Assembly (NCBI GenBank): GCA_977862235.1
Contig: OZ374563.1
Span: 310,001-374,000 of the forward strand
Direction: 5' to 3'
From: Dudresnaya verticillata
Taxonomy: Eukaryota
Length of the DNA stretch: 64,000 nucleotides
The notes under the pieces were generated by a model. That model had not been told where the DNA came from. It saw only the letters and a list, made by a program, of their open reading frames with translations, and did no database searches. This document shows, piece by piece, positions 55,601 through 64,000 of this stretch; position 1 is the first letter of the stretch; every line of letters starts with the position of its first letter. A program made the position numbers and the translations under genes.

Positions 55601-57053
55601 ATCCAAGAAGCAGTCAACTGTTGCTCTCTCAACTTGCGAGTCGGAGTACTATGCAATGACTCTGGCTGCGAAAGAGACGGTTTGGGTCACGCGAGTGCTG
55701 AAGGAGGCCGATTTGAACGTCGAAGGCCCGGTTCCATTGAGATCAGACAACCAGTCTGCCATCAATTGGGCTACTGGAGAACGCTGTCCGTCTGGTCGTG
55801 CCAAGCACATCGACGTTCGTGTACACTTCATTCGCGAACTTGTCGCCGACTCTGTTCTGGAAGTGGTGTATGTGCCGTCAGAAGACAACGACGCGGACTT
55901 GCTGACAAAGCCACTCGGGCCCACTTTGCTCAATAGGATTCTACCAAGGGTTGGACTTGGAGGAGCCATCGAGGAGGAGTGTTGAGGACATGGTCGCTGG
56001 CGCCTCACGTCACGGGTCAGGCACCCCAGATGGCACCCTGGCACGCTGTCACCAAACCTTCCGGAGACGACAGCCCTTTTTCCGGGCTTCCAAAATCACG
56101 GCGCATTTAGGCCTTTTGCAAAAGCAACGTGAAACGGGCTTCTGATTGGTTGTTACAAACCGCCTCCATGGTCTATATGGCTTACAAGTGTTGTGCTGGA
56201 ATTGGCGGTTATAACAGGAACGGCCAAGTGGAACGATCTGATTGGACCACATGGATGCACGTGGTATGGCATGGAATGGTGTTGGTATGACTCGCACTGT
56301 ACTCCACAAGTACACATGAACGTGCCATGCAATGTGCTGATGGCGTCCGAGTTGGTACTGCAGGGACTTGCGCTACGTGGAGCCTGACTTGTGATATCAG
56401 CAGATGCAGTTGTTGTGCGGCCGACACGTTGGTTTACAGTTGGCACGTAGCTGTTGTGCGGCCGACACGTTGGTTTACAGTTGGCACGTAGCTGTCGTGC
56501 GGCCGACACGTTGGTTTACAGTTATCACGTAGCTGTCGTGCGGCCGATACGTTGGTTTACAGCTGCCACGTAGGCAAATCTGGGTGATTACGTGGTCAAT
56601 GATCCAAGTTGGATATTCATGGACGGACTTGAGCTGGTAAGTGCGGCCACGTGGTGTGCAGTGTTGTCCGACAGCAGCCATGCGGGGACACTCGATACTT
56701 TCACGTTCCCGCCCAAAGTTGGAGTACATATGGGTGGCAGGAAATGCGGTCGCAAGAGGGATTGCTGATGTCAGCAGTTAGCAACACTGGTGTGCAAGTT
56801 CCCGCCCATTTTGGTGGCGGATGTGAGTGTGCTGAGAGCATGATCTGGTAGATTTAATTGCTTTACTTTTTCCCGCCCATTTGATGATAGGGACTTTGGG
56901 CGTATCTTTAATGATTTGTTTTGTTTGTGTTCACGCAGCAACTCATCCGAAAAGCTGATATAAGCCTTGTCGGATGGTCGACTGCAGTAAACGAAGTCAA
57001 GCGACTTCCATTTCTCATCTTGTTCAACTTCAACCTCTCCATATTCCTTTACA
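49653..57053 (+). mobile_element. Ty1/copia element, duplicate copy (LTRs 49653..50726 and 55980..57053; TSD TCTTC)
   Basis: Matches copy 1, including the TSD and the same LTR mismatch. Confidence 0.97.
51663..55985 (+). CDS. Copia gag-pol polyprotein, 1440 aa (duplicate)
   Basis: Same translation as 32506..36828. Confidence 0.97.
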   Translation: MTDTEAEMDTSSGVKIPRFHGRRGDDYSLWRHRLRAACRIKGVWNVVHTSNDTPSSSQSTGEASADTSILHARTLAKREKACGIIISALGDAPLRVVMEVDDDPKRMLELLDSRYASSRTVSRIAVQTKLFRMTYTGQNMSNYVDQYTSLFAQLDRMGNDSAIPETHKAPMLLASIDPSCHLESTAAALRTKDAAELTWDYVATTLIDEYNAKDSHGSNAGGRSSKSKSRRKKKKKSASSGSRQQHNPLDDNDDSDDSSDIESTVRALAVALKSAKQAHSTPNRHLHCDVCDKDGHTADRCYLNPENPNNKLPPKVRQMFTNQGKKGNANSAVAASGKNNGKSAKVEIAGASVEMTTVVPPNDQGTYADSGATVHCFHSMTSFVPSSVSRCEKRTVVLADKSSVTSDLCGDVILPFEHANIRLKKALFIPHMGYNLVSTGRLADKGIESHFRRLDVRLVLDSDGYYIGSGVRDASSGMYMLPEPEPHTSEEQLLAVPSTQQTTELWHRRLAHINFRDLAKVHEHVEGVPELGSTHEVCRACRLGKAHKQSFPGHFRPAKAVGDLVHSDIVGPIQISFPDRFRYATTFLDDKSRFLVVACMRSRRMLSAAFDQASAKFIELGGAEITKLHSDGAQEYLALQKDLGGVGDSGKSFSPPYTPELNGIAERVNRTMVEAALTLLIQADLPGCLWPFALKHVNYVRNRVPHSTVGATPYSVMTGDVPDLKHLRVFGCAAYVLRLPRGSKFESRALEGVHLETLEHGIYRILVTGGDGIPRVVESRHVTFDESKFPGAPSLLEYGQDEADSDEDYESNSEASICNSDSDDDVSLGNFEDEEDAIEVDTPSSPPLPPSEPSSFESDDTAEEENVSDSPPAGVSSDPERQQQSRYPRRQRRQTSKWFMASSAQAEQQVALTTGDEPTLREAMSATPEERGLWQSAIDDEFASLESKGTWVRDDSPGAQPLPTHAVLKVKRKSDGTVERFKARVVAGGNFQTYGEDYMETYAPVVSFSLVRMFLYLVLCLNLFVAQLDVKTAFLNGDLAEHVWVMSPRGIPGRESLCYKLLKAMYGLKQAHLAWHTKLCGDLARMMFEELPSAPCVFRRKSKSSGYAYILVYVDDLLILAPTKAERDAIVKELQGLYDLRLSEGVDLFLGVELGWKLDSDGRFVSLKMTQQVYTESVLRRFGLQNSKPACTPMVESFFTGLAAEEDKAVVSVETYQQMIGSLLYLGLRTRLDILASVLILARFQKAPTAYCHRGVKRVLRYLRGTHKHGVTYQSGTTRIQAYVDADYAGDTTDRKSMSGYMVKLGDAVCIWGSKKQSTVALSTCESEYYAMTLAAKETVWVTRVLKEADLNVEGPVPLRSDNQSAINWATGERCPSGRAKHIDVRVHFIRELVADSVLEVVYVPSEDNDADLLTKPLGPTLLNRILPRVGLGGAIEEEC

Positions 57054-57090
57054 TCTTCTTCGACCAAACGGCCCAGCCTCACATTCAGAT

Positions 57091-57465
57091 TCACTTTCCG
57101 TCCTTCCCGCCTTTCGCGGCAGCGCGCATATGAGTGACTTGCAGCCAAGCAGCCGCAGCAACAAGCCCAAACAAGCCCAGCGTGAAGAGCCAGCGGCACC
57201 ACGGGTCCATCACGCTGTACAGAATGACAAAGCCGGTGGAGAGGATGCCGGTGGCCGCCAGGCACACGTTGCGGCGGTGGCGCAAGTCGGCCATGAACAG
57301 GTAGAGCTGCATCATGCGCGCGTCGTGCGCGCGCTGGGCGTTGCCGCTAGTGATGAGGTAGGGCAGCACTAACGGAACCGCGGCGAGCACCGCGGATACC
57401 GCCGCTATCGCCGGGTTTGTGCTGCCGGCTATAAGCGTGATCACCTTCACGAAAGCGGCATCCAT
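57091..57465 (-). CDS. Small multi-pass membrane protein, 124 aa (duplicate)
   Basis: Same as 37934..38308, shifted by 19,157. Confidence 0.65.
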   Translation of the reverse strand: MDAAFVKVITLIAGSTNPAIAAVSAVLAAVPLVLPYLITSGNAQRAHDARMMQLYLFMADLRHRRNVCLAATGILSTGFVILYSVMDPWCRWLFTLGLFGLVAAAAWLQVTHMRAAAKGGKDGK

Positions 57466-58949
57466 GGTTTCGAGTGTGGTGGAGAGCAGCGGGTCTGCGC
57501 GCGCTGGGAGATGATGTTGCGGCGCAGGGCAGACTTGGCGCAGTGTTTCGCTGCGACTGCGGCTCGCATTCTTAACGAGGCGTTCCTCGGTGCGCGATGC
57601 GCGATGCAAGTGCGATGGGCACGGAGTGGGTGTGCCACGCTATGCAGCTGTACTTTCGAATGGCGCGAAAATTGCGCTCGTGGCTCACATGTACTGTGAA
57701 TCACCTTGTTCAGACATACTGTACTGTTGTGTACGTACATTACGCCAAGCGCGAGGCCCCCAATAAAGCTCGAATTGTCGTCCGTAGCCGGTCGACACGC
57801 GCGCGCGGCGTGAGAGTGGTGTACAATCACCGCTCTGCGGGCACGGCGCGCAGGGTCGCGGAACGCGGGGAAAGGGGCGCGAGCGGGGCGAAGCGGGGCG
57901 CGAGCGGAGCGAGGCGGGGCGCGAGGGGAGCGAGCGGGTCAGAGAGGCGGGCGAGGTTTATCGAAGCAAGGGAAGAGGGCTACGGCAGACCACCGCGGCT
58001 GACGCAACGGACGTTCTCGTCAACGCTGCTTACTCTTCTACTTCGATCGTGCTCTCTCGGAGCGGCGGTGGTCTGCAATGGTCGGCGGGGCTTGAAGTAG
58101 CCCAACCAGTTGCAGTCGGGCGCGCGCGTCGCGCGCGGACGGCGCGTTGGTCGCCGACGGCGGGAGCACTGTAAGGTATCTTACAGTGCGACTCTGCGAC
58201 ACAGATGGGTCCAAATCGACACTCCCCCCTGTCGCAGAACGGTCGTCGGCGATGCGCGCATATCTAATTTGCATTAGACATAGGCGGGAAGAAAAGGCGG
58301 GCGCAGGGCGGCAATTTCCGGGCCAAAAATCTGGCACCGAAATCGTCGGGTAGAAATTGCACACTATGATAATCATGAGGCGGGCAGATAAATCGGGCCC
58401 AGGGCGGCAATTTCGGGGCGGGAAATCGTGCCCCAAATGGTCGGGTAGAAAATATCAACTGTGATAATCATCAGGCGGGATATAAGAGGCCACTGGGTGT
58501 GCCTTCCTTCCCCTCCCCTGCCCTGCTCACGAACCAACCTGACCGCGCAGCACCCTATGGCGTCCTGGTTCGCTTGTGGACTCGTCTTCACTCAAATGGT
58601 AGTTTGCTACCACTCCTTCTTGCCGATTGACCCATGCGGCGGGCTACAAGACACATTTGTTGTGCCGGTCCGCAGCTTCGCGCTCAACCTTGCGGGGGAA
58701 ACCCCAATGGGAGAGGTCCAATTCTCTACGCCATCCAAACGTCGTATGGGTCGGGACCCAAAAGGCTTCGTGCCGGGTCCCAGTTGCAAGGTGGGGGGCT
58801 TCAACCATCTTGGACGCTTGGGGTGTTTGCAACGTCTTCTTCTTGTTCGTGGGTATGCGAAACAATGCGAGACTTGCGAAAATGCCTCAGAATACTGCCA
58901 GTTTCTTTCTTCTTTGCGCGAACGGTAATGCGGCCATCGTGCGTCTCTG

Positions 58950-61900
58950 CTATTTGCGAACGATCCACTGCTCCGGCTGAATGTTTAGCGAACCGGAAAC
59001 AACAACTTCTCGCAACTGTGCTTGACTCATCATCTTCGTCAAGCCATCAGCTATGTTGGAGCTACTGCGGACAAACCCGATGTCCGAGATCGTCTTATCG
59101 CGGAACCCTTCGCGTGCCGCAGCGATGTCAAGCATCATCCTCTTCTCAGATGTTCTGGAGCCCTTGGATATGACGTCGAAGAGACTCTTGCTGTCGGTTA
59201 GAAGTTGGACCGGGACAGTCTTGTTGAGAAGAACTCCAAGCTCACCTGCGACGGCGATGGCGATGTCGAACATGTCGGAGAATGCTATAACTTCCCCGGA
59301 CATTGCTGAGCGAGTCACCCGTCTTGACTTGTACGACTTGAAGCTGACCGGGACTGAAGATCCACTGTCGTCAGTGAGAAGTACAACGTGGCCAAGCTGG
59401 GAACTGAGATCCCTGTTGTTAGCGAACGAGGCATCAGAGAATCCAACCACCTTAATGGTGTCTGCCTTCAACCTTCGGACGCGTAGGCGGACTCGATGGT
59501 CAACCGCGTACGTTACAGCCTTGTTGAGACGTCGGATATTGGCTTGCCTGTTCTTGAAGAAGTCTTCCTCTGTGACTTGTGCGAGCTGAGATACTTCGAA
59601 AAGGCAGTCAGGGCGTGAGTTAGACAACCACGCCAGCTTCATGCGCACGGACCGGAATTCGCGAAAGGTTGCATCTGGATGCAGACATTCCAGCTTGCGG
59701 AGGTACGCGTTCTGGTCGATGTACATCGTGCCATCCTTATCGCGATCGATGACAAATCCTGTGAATTCTGCGGGAAGCTTGGACTCGTCCGTCATCTCGA
59801 AGCGTGCGTTGGTTTTCTGCGAGATTTTTCGAAACCTTTCGCTTCCGCAGCGGATGAGGTCGTCAACATAGCACCCACTCAAGCCTTGTAGTACTCCTTC
59901 ACTCAGCAGGTAGTACAGTGCGGGATCAATGCGCATCGGCTTCATTCCCAACTCATGGCGGTGGTGCTTGTCAAGCGTGATATGCCACAGATCTCCTGCA
60001 TCGCATAGTCCATATGGCGGCTTCAAGAGTTGAAGACACTGGTCAGGCTCAAGTTCAAACTCTGCAGCGGGCTTGCCGATGAACACATCTCGTGCCAATG
60101 GTTCGGAAGCTTGAAGGTAGGCTTGCCTGATATCTGCTGCCCAGATGTCAAAGCCAAAGATGCCTGCCAACGCAAGAAGCAGTCTTACTGACTGAGGTTG
60201 CAAGGTTGTCGTGGAGTGCACCATCATGTCCTTCATCTTGTCTCGATGGCCTCCAATGACGTATCGGGCCTTATACTTGATCTTGCCGTCCAGCGAGGAC
60301 TTGATCGCGAGTACAAATCTGCCGGGAAGAACATTCGCGTCTCTTGGGATGTCCTCCTTGAGTATCACCTTGAACGTACCGCGCTGCATGAGGTTGCGGA
60401 GTTCTACCTTCTTGGCTTCAGTCATCTCGTAGTGCTTGGCTCGTTCATCGTTCGGATCAAGCACTTCCGTCATGAATATCCCATGGTCTTCCATCTTCGG
60501 GGACTTGAACGGGTTCAGACTTTTGTCGATGTCTGCCATGAAGGTTTGTGCAAGAAGTTCGGGGGTGAAGTATGGTTTCACCTGCGTGACGCTGAAGGGC
60601 CGAGCGGGACTTCCTTCGATGTCTCGGATGAACACAAGCTTCTTGTAGTAGTCAACTGATTCTACTTCGAAGGGTCCGAGCCATTCTCCAATGCGGTTGG
60701 CAATGGTCTTCTCGCGAAATACGAGCACGCGATCACCAGGCTCATAGCTACGCTCGGAAGCAGGTGGGACAGCGTAGTGAAGTGCTCGTCTGACCTTGAG
60801 CTCAGCCATCCGCTTCTTCATCTCCTCACGAGCAGCTGTAGCAATAGAAGCGCGTTCAGCTACCGTGGGTCGAGGTCCGGGCTCTTCAGACAAGGTGGCA
60901 ATTTGTGGAAATTCTCCGAAGACAAGAGCAGAAGGTACTAGGCCTTCCGGCCCAAGGGTGTCGTTCATTGCCTTCACAGATGAAGCTAGAAGAATCTCCT
61001 TGCCTGCATGCGGGTAAGCATGTCGGAGCTTGCGGTATGTCGTTCGCAGCGGCTCATGGTACCTCTCGCACAGTCCAAGACTGGAGTGGGCTTCAATGCC
61101 GGTGCGGTTGACTTCAACGTTGTTGACTTGGGCTATGTGGATGAACTGTTGTCCAAACTGTGAGCCTTGGTCAGTGAGAATCCTGTTCGGAAGTCCACAG
61201 TAGACGAGAGCCCAGCATGACATCAAGGTTGTCCAGATCGTCTGCGTCGACACATCAGGGAGGAATCGTGCGGCGCTGAACTTCGTGGCTTCGTCAACGA
61301 TGTGGAGAACAGGCACTGATTCAAGTGACATGATGTCAATGAGGATGAGTTCATTGAATCTTAAGTCTTCGGCACCAAACGATACACGGAAACGATGAGG
61401 AGCGTGTTGTATTCGTTGACACGGGTCGCAACGTTTCGCGATGTCTTTGAGCGTTTCCAGTGTTTGAGGTGTAGCTTCCTCTGGACGTGCTCGCTTAATA
61501 AGGTTGTACAGCTTCTGTGCGCTTACATGGAAGAACTGTCGGTGAAGTCTTCGCAACTGTGGACGCGTGAAGTAGCTGGCTGTCGAGAAGTGCATTTGAG
61601 CATACAAGTGGTTGCTTCCAGAGCGGGTCAACGGCACCTGCCATTCATTGAGGTGCACCAGCTTCCCTTCTTTGTCGGTGTGTCTCGTACGCTTGATGAG
61701 TTGGTTCGAGACAGTGCATGGAGTCAAGGAGTGTTTGTCCAGTACGTCCATGCCAAGAAGTGCGGGGATGTCGGCTTCGACAATGTCCATTTCAACGTCG
61801 ATGTTCCTTATGCCTGGTGGGGTCAACAGCGGTATGGAAATGCGACCCAGTGACTCGTACGTGGCGTCGGCAAAGCGAAACCTGTTGCGCGAGGGCATGA

Positions 61901-62183
61901 GTCTTCTGGAATGTATGCCTGCAGCAGTGAGGATGCGTTGCATCTCTTTGCGTCCTACGACAGACTTTGGAGCCCCAATGTCCACACAGAAGCCAGCTGG
62001 TCTTGTATTACGTATCTCCTTTCCAAGAGAACCAACTTGGATGTCTATCATGAAGGTGTCTGGTGGCTTGTTGCTTTGGGATGGGTGGGAGTGCCTCGGG
62101 ACTGCTTTGCGATGATGCTTCTGCCATCGCTTGTTCGGTCGGCGACAAGGCTGAGGCATTACATGCTCTTGTCGCCTATCCAA
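58950..62183 (-). CDS. Pol (duplicate)
   Basis: Same translation as 39793..43026. Confidence 0.93.
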   Translation of the reverse strand: MDRRQEHVMPQPCRRPNKRWQKHHRKAVPRHSHPSQSNKPPDTFMIDIQVGSLGKEIRNTRPAGFCVDIGAPKSVVGRKEMQRILTAAGIHSRRLMPSRNRFRFADATYESLGRISIPLLTPPGIRNIDVEMDIVEADIPALLGMDVLDKHSLTPCTVSNQLIKRTRHTDKEGKLVHLNEWQVPLTRSGSNHLYAQMHFSTASYFTRPQLRRLHRQFFHVSAQKLYNLIKRARPEEATPQTLETLKDIAKRCDPCQRIQHAPHRFRVSFGAEDLRFNELILIDIMSLESVPVLHIVDEATKFSAARFLPDVSTQTIWTTLMSCWALVYCGLPNRILTDQGSQFGQQFIHIAQVNNVEVNRTGIEAHSSLGLCERYHEPLRTTYRKLRHAYPHAGKEILLASSVKAMNDTLGPEGLVPSALVFGEFPQIATLSEEPGPRPTVAERASIATAAREEMKKRMAELKVRRALHYAVPPASERSYEPGDRVLVFREKTIANRIGEWLGPFEVESVDYYKKLVFIRDIEGSPARPFSVTQVKPYFTPELLAQTFMADIDKSLNPFKSPKMEDHGIFMTEVLDPNDERAKHYEMTEAKKVELRNLMQRGTFKVILKEDIPRDANVLPGRFVLAIKSSLDGKIKYKARYVIGGHRDKMKDMMVHSTTTLQPQSVRLLLALAGIFGFDIWAADIRQAYLQASEPLARDVFIGKPAAEFELEPDQCLQLLKPPYGLCDAGDLWHITLDKHHRHELGMKPMRIDPALYYLLSEGVLQGLSGCYVDDLIRCGSERFRKISQKTNARFEMTDESKLPAEFTGFVIDRDKDGTMYIDQNAYLRKLECLHPDATFREFRSVRMKLAWLSNSRPDCLFEVSQLAQVTEEDFFKNRQANIRRLNKAVTYAVDHRVRLRVRRLKADTIKVVGFSDASFANNRDLSSQLGHVVLLTDDSGSSVPVSFKSYKSRRVTRSAMSGEVIAFSDMFDIAIAVAGELGVLLNKTVPVQLLTDSKSLFDVISKGSRTSEKRMMLDIAAAREGFRDKTISDIGFVRSSSNIADGLTKMMSQAQLREVVVSGSLNIQPEQWIVRK

Positions 62184-64000
62184 AAATCCTGTGGCATACC
62201 AGCCGAGATGTGGTTGGTTACAATCTCCCCTTCCAAGTTCTCGATAGGGTCTACGAAGTTGGTCTGGATTCCGGTGTTGGCTAGAGCTGCGTCGAAGCGA
62301 TCTAGTTCAGACTCCCCGGGTTCTCCATAGTGGACGTCCGCATCTTCCTGATCCTGAGAGCTGGTGAGTTCCTCCTCCATGTCTCCGACAAGAGAAGCAA
62401 CGATGTGCGTGGCATCTTCACCACGAGCAATACGGCCCCGGATGTTGGACTGTATGGCTCCTTTCGCGCAACGATGCCCTGGCTTCCAATTGGCAGCACC
62501 ACAGCGGAAGCACTCATTGCGACGTCTAGCATCAGCGAATGTGCGTGCAGCATTGTTTCGTTGCTGGCTCCGAAGTTGTGCACCAGGATCACCACCTTTG
62601 GAACTGTAGCGCGAGAGTTTGCGCGGGTTCCGACCGTACTGAAGCATATGAGTCTGGACACTGTTGCTATGCCGAAGGTTGTCTTCTTCGGTGAGTCCTG
62701 TGAAGGTAGACTGGCGCGCATCTCCACTTGTGAGCAACTCCAGCTGACGAAGATTCTGGATGGACTCGTGAAGCGTGGTGACGAACGCGTTGAAGCTGTA
62801 ACCTTGCGACGTGATGTTCTGTATCGGAATGCGGGGCCATTCTTGGAACTCAATCACTGCTCGGCGGAGGTAGTCAACCTTATGAGCATCAGAGCGAAAG
62901 TCCTTGGGGCATTGCGGTACAAGCTCGTTGATTGTCTCAACTAGCTTCGTCAAGCCATGTGCGACATCAGAAATGTCGTTCTTGGTCATGAAGGTCCGGA
63001 GACGAAGAGTCTCAAGAGTTCCTTTGACTTGGAGCTGGCGAGCGTCGGAAACATACTCCTTCATCATGACTTGTGTCTTCTCTTGATATGACATGTCCTC
63101 TCGCGTGTGTTCAAAGTAGAACTTACGCGCAGCGCCATCGAATGCATGAACAAGAAGTTCTGCCTTGTGTGCCTGAGAGAGGTTGTACTGCTTTGAGCAG
63201 ACTGCGTACAGCTTGAAGGTTTGATGGATGTCTTGAGTCAGGTGTCCGGAGAACTTGTATCCCTTGAACATCTGCTGGACATAGTTAACCTTGCGAGGGT
63301 CATCGCGCTGGTCACGATCATCGTTGGCAGTGTAGCCTCGACGTTGACCTGGGAAGCGGGTGGGAGGGTTTTGACCTCGGTCGTTGTGACCTGCTCCATC
63401 TTCGAAGTTGTTCAGCGGGGGTCCCCTGTTCGGGCGATGAGAACCTCTTCCAAAACCTTGAAACGGCGGACCATGAGGCTGATCGCCACTACCGGGCTCG
63501 GGAGGTGACGGGCCGTACTTCTTTGGACCTTCATAGGATCCATACTGATGCTGTACCATGTTCGGATAACCGTGATACTGGTTGTTTCCCGGGGTATGGC
63601 GGGGACGATCAGCGGCGTTGGTGGTAACACCATGCATTGTAACGTGGTTGTTGTCCACTCGGATATCTTGTCGCATCGGAGCTTCTTGGTCTTGACGGGA
63701 GATGGTATCTTCTCTCTCCTCAGCAACTGAGCTTTTCACAGTATTAATCTGGAAAGGAAGGTGCATGAGTGGGTTCGGAGATCCACGACAAGCCTTGAAC
63801 TGGCGTACAGCATCGATGGAGAACTCAGCCGTGCATCCAGTGAAGAAGCATAACCAAACGAGACTGACAAGCCCTTTGTTCTTCTGCTCAGTGTCTGAGA
63901 GGCTGACTTTGTCCCAATACTGTTGGGGGACATCATCAAACTCGTACAGTCGGGCCACCTCAAACAGACTGTTGACTGGGAAAGTAGGCACCTCGAAGAA
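62159..64000 (-). CDS. Gag-like protein (duplicate; 5' end outside the window)
   Basis: Same as the C-terminal part of 43002..45146. Confidence 0.85.
   Translation of the reverse strand, partial: FFEVPTFPVNSLFEVARLYEFDDVPQQYWDKVSLSDTEQKNKGLVSLVWLCFFTGCTAEFSIDAVRQFKACRGSPNPLMHLPFQINTVKSSVAEEREDTISRQDQEAPMRQDIRVDNNHVTMHGVTTNAADRPRHTPGNNQYHGYPNMVQHQYGSYEGPKKYGPSPPEPGSGDQPHGPPFQGFGRGSHRPNRGPPLNNFEDGAGHNDRGQNPPTRFPGQRRGYTANDDRDQRDDPRKVNYVQQMFKGYKFSGHLTQDIHQTFKLYAVCSKQYNLSQAHKAELLVHAFDGAARKFYFEHTREDMSYQEKTQVMMKEYVSDARQLQVKGTLETLRLRTFMTKNDISDVAHGLTKLVETINELVPQCPKDFRSDAHKVDYLRRAVIEFQEWPRIPIQNITSQGYSFNAFVTTLHESIQNLRQLELLTSGDARQSTFTGLTEEDNLRHSNSVQTHMLQYGRNPRKLSRYSSKGGDPGAQLRSQQRNNAARTFADARRRNECFRCGAANWKPGHRCAKGAIQSNIRGRIARGEDATHIVASLVGDMEEELTSSQDQEDADVHYGEPGESELDRFDAALANTGIQTNFVDPIENLEGEIVTNHISAGMPQDFWIGDKSM

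Larger units (their letters stand above)
47235..64000 (+). repeat. Unit 2 of the 19,157-bp tandem duplication (runs off the window)
   Basis: No differences from unit 1 seen downstream of ~48424 (by-eye comparison). Confidence 0.95.
57776..64000 (-). mobile_element. Duplicate of the GalEa-like LTR element (3' LTR 57776..58221), cut by the window end
   Basis: Same as the sequence from 38619 onward, shifted by 19,157. Confidence 0.95.

Noticed and set aside
49653..57053. Second copia as an independent insertion
   Set aside because: Same TSD, flanks and LTR mismatch as copy 1; explained by the segmental duplication.

Overview
Eukaryotic, intron-poor genomic DNA, probably from a red macroalga (inferred from single-exon genes, an 'M..AFV' Ala/Ser/Pro/Arg-rich plastid transit peptide and the retroelement types). 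The left 25 kb holds an orphan ORF, non-LTR retroelement relics, an inverted duplicate pair of calmodulin-like EF-hand + VOC/glyoxalase-like fusion genes (one with a 1-bp frameshift), a 14-Cys secreted peptide gene, and a SEL1-repeat gene plus a truncated pseudogene of it. The core is a candidate oxylipin gene cluster: an atypical cytochrome P450 (I-helix GGINNT, insertion in the heme loop, suggesting a hydroperoxide-rearranging enzyme) lies head-to-head with a plastid-targeted lipoxygenase. A small membrane protein with possible MAPEG-like features and a second, chimeric lipoxygenase follow. From about 28 kb on, the window is a 19,157-bp tandem duplication whose junction lies inside the lipoxygenase. 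Each unit carries a very young Ty1/copia element and a second LTR element with copia-type RT/RNase H but gypsy-like Gag, protease and integrase motifs, plus a clear -1 frameshift signal. An inverted solo LTR lies upstream of the second lipoxygenase. All calls come from motif reading and by-eye comparison; no database searches were run.
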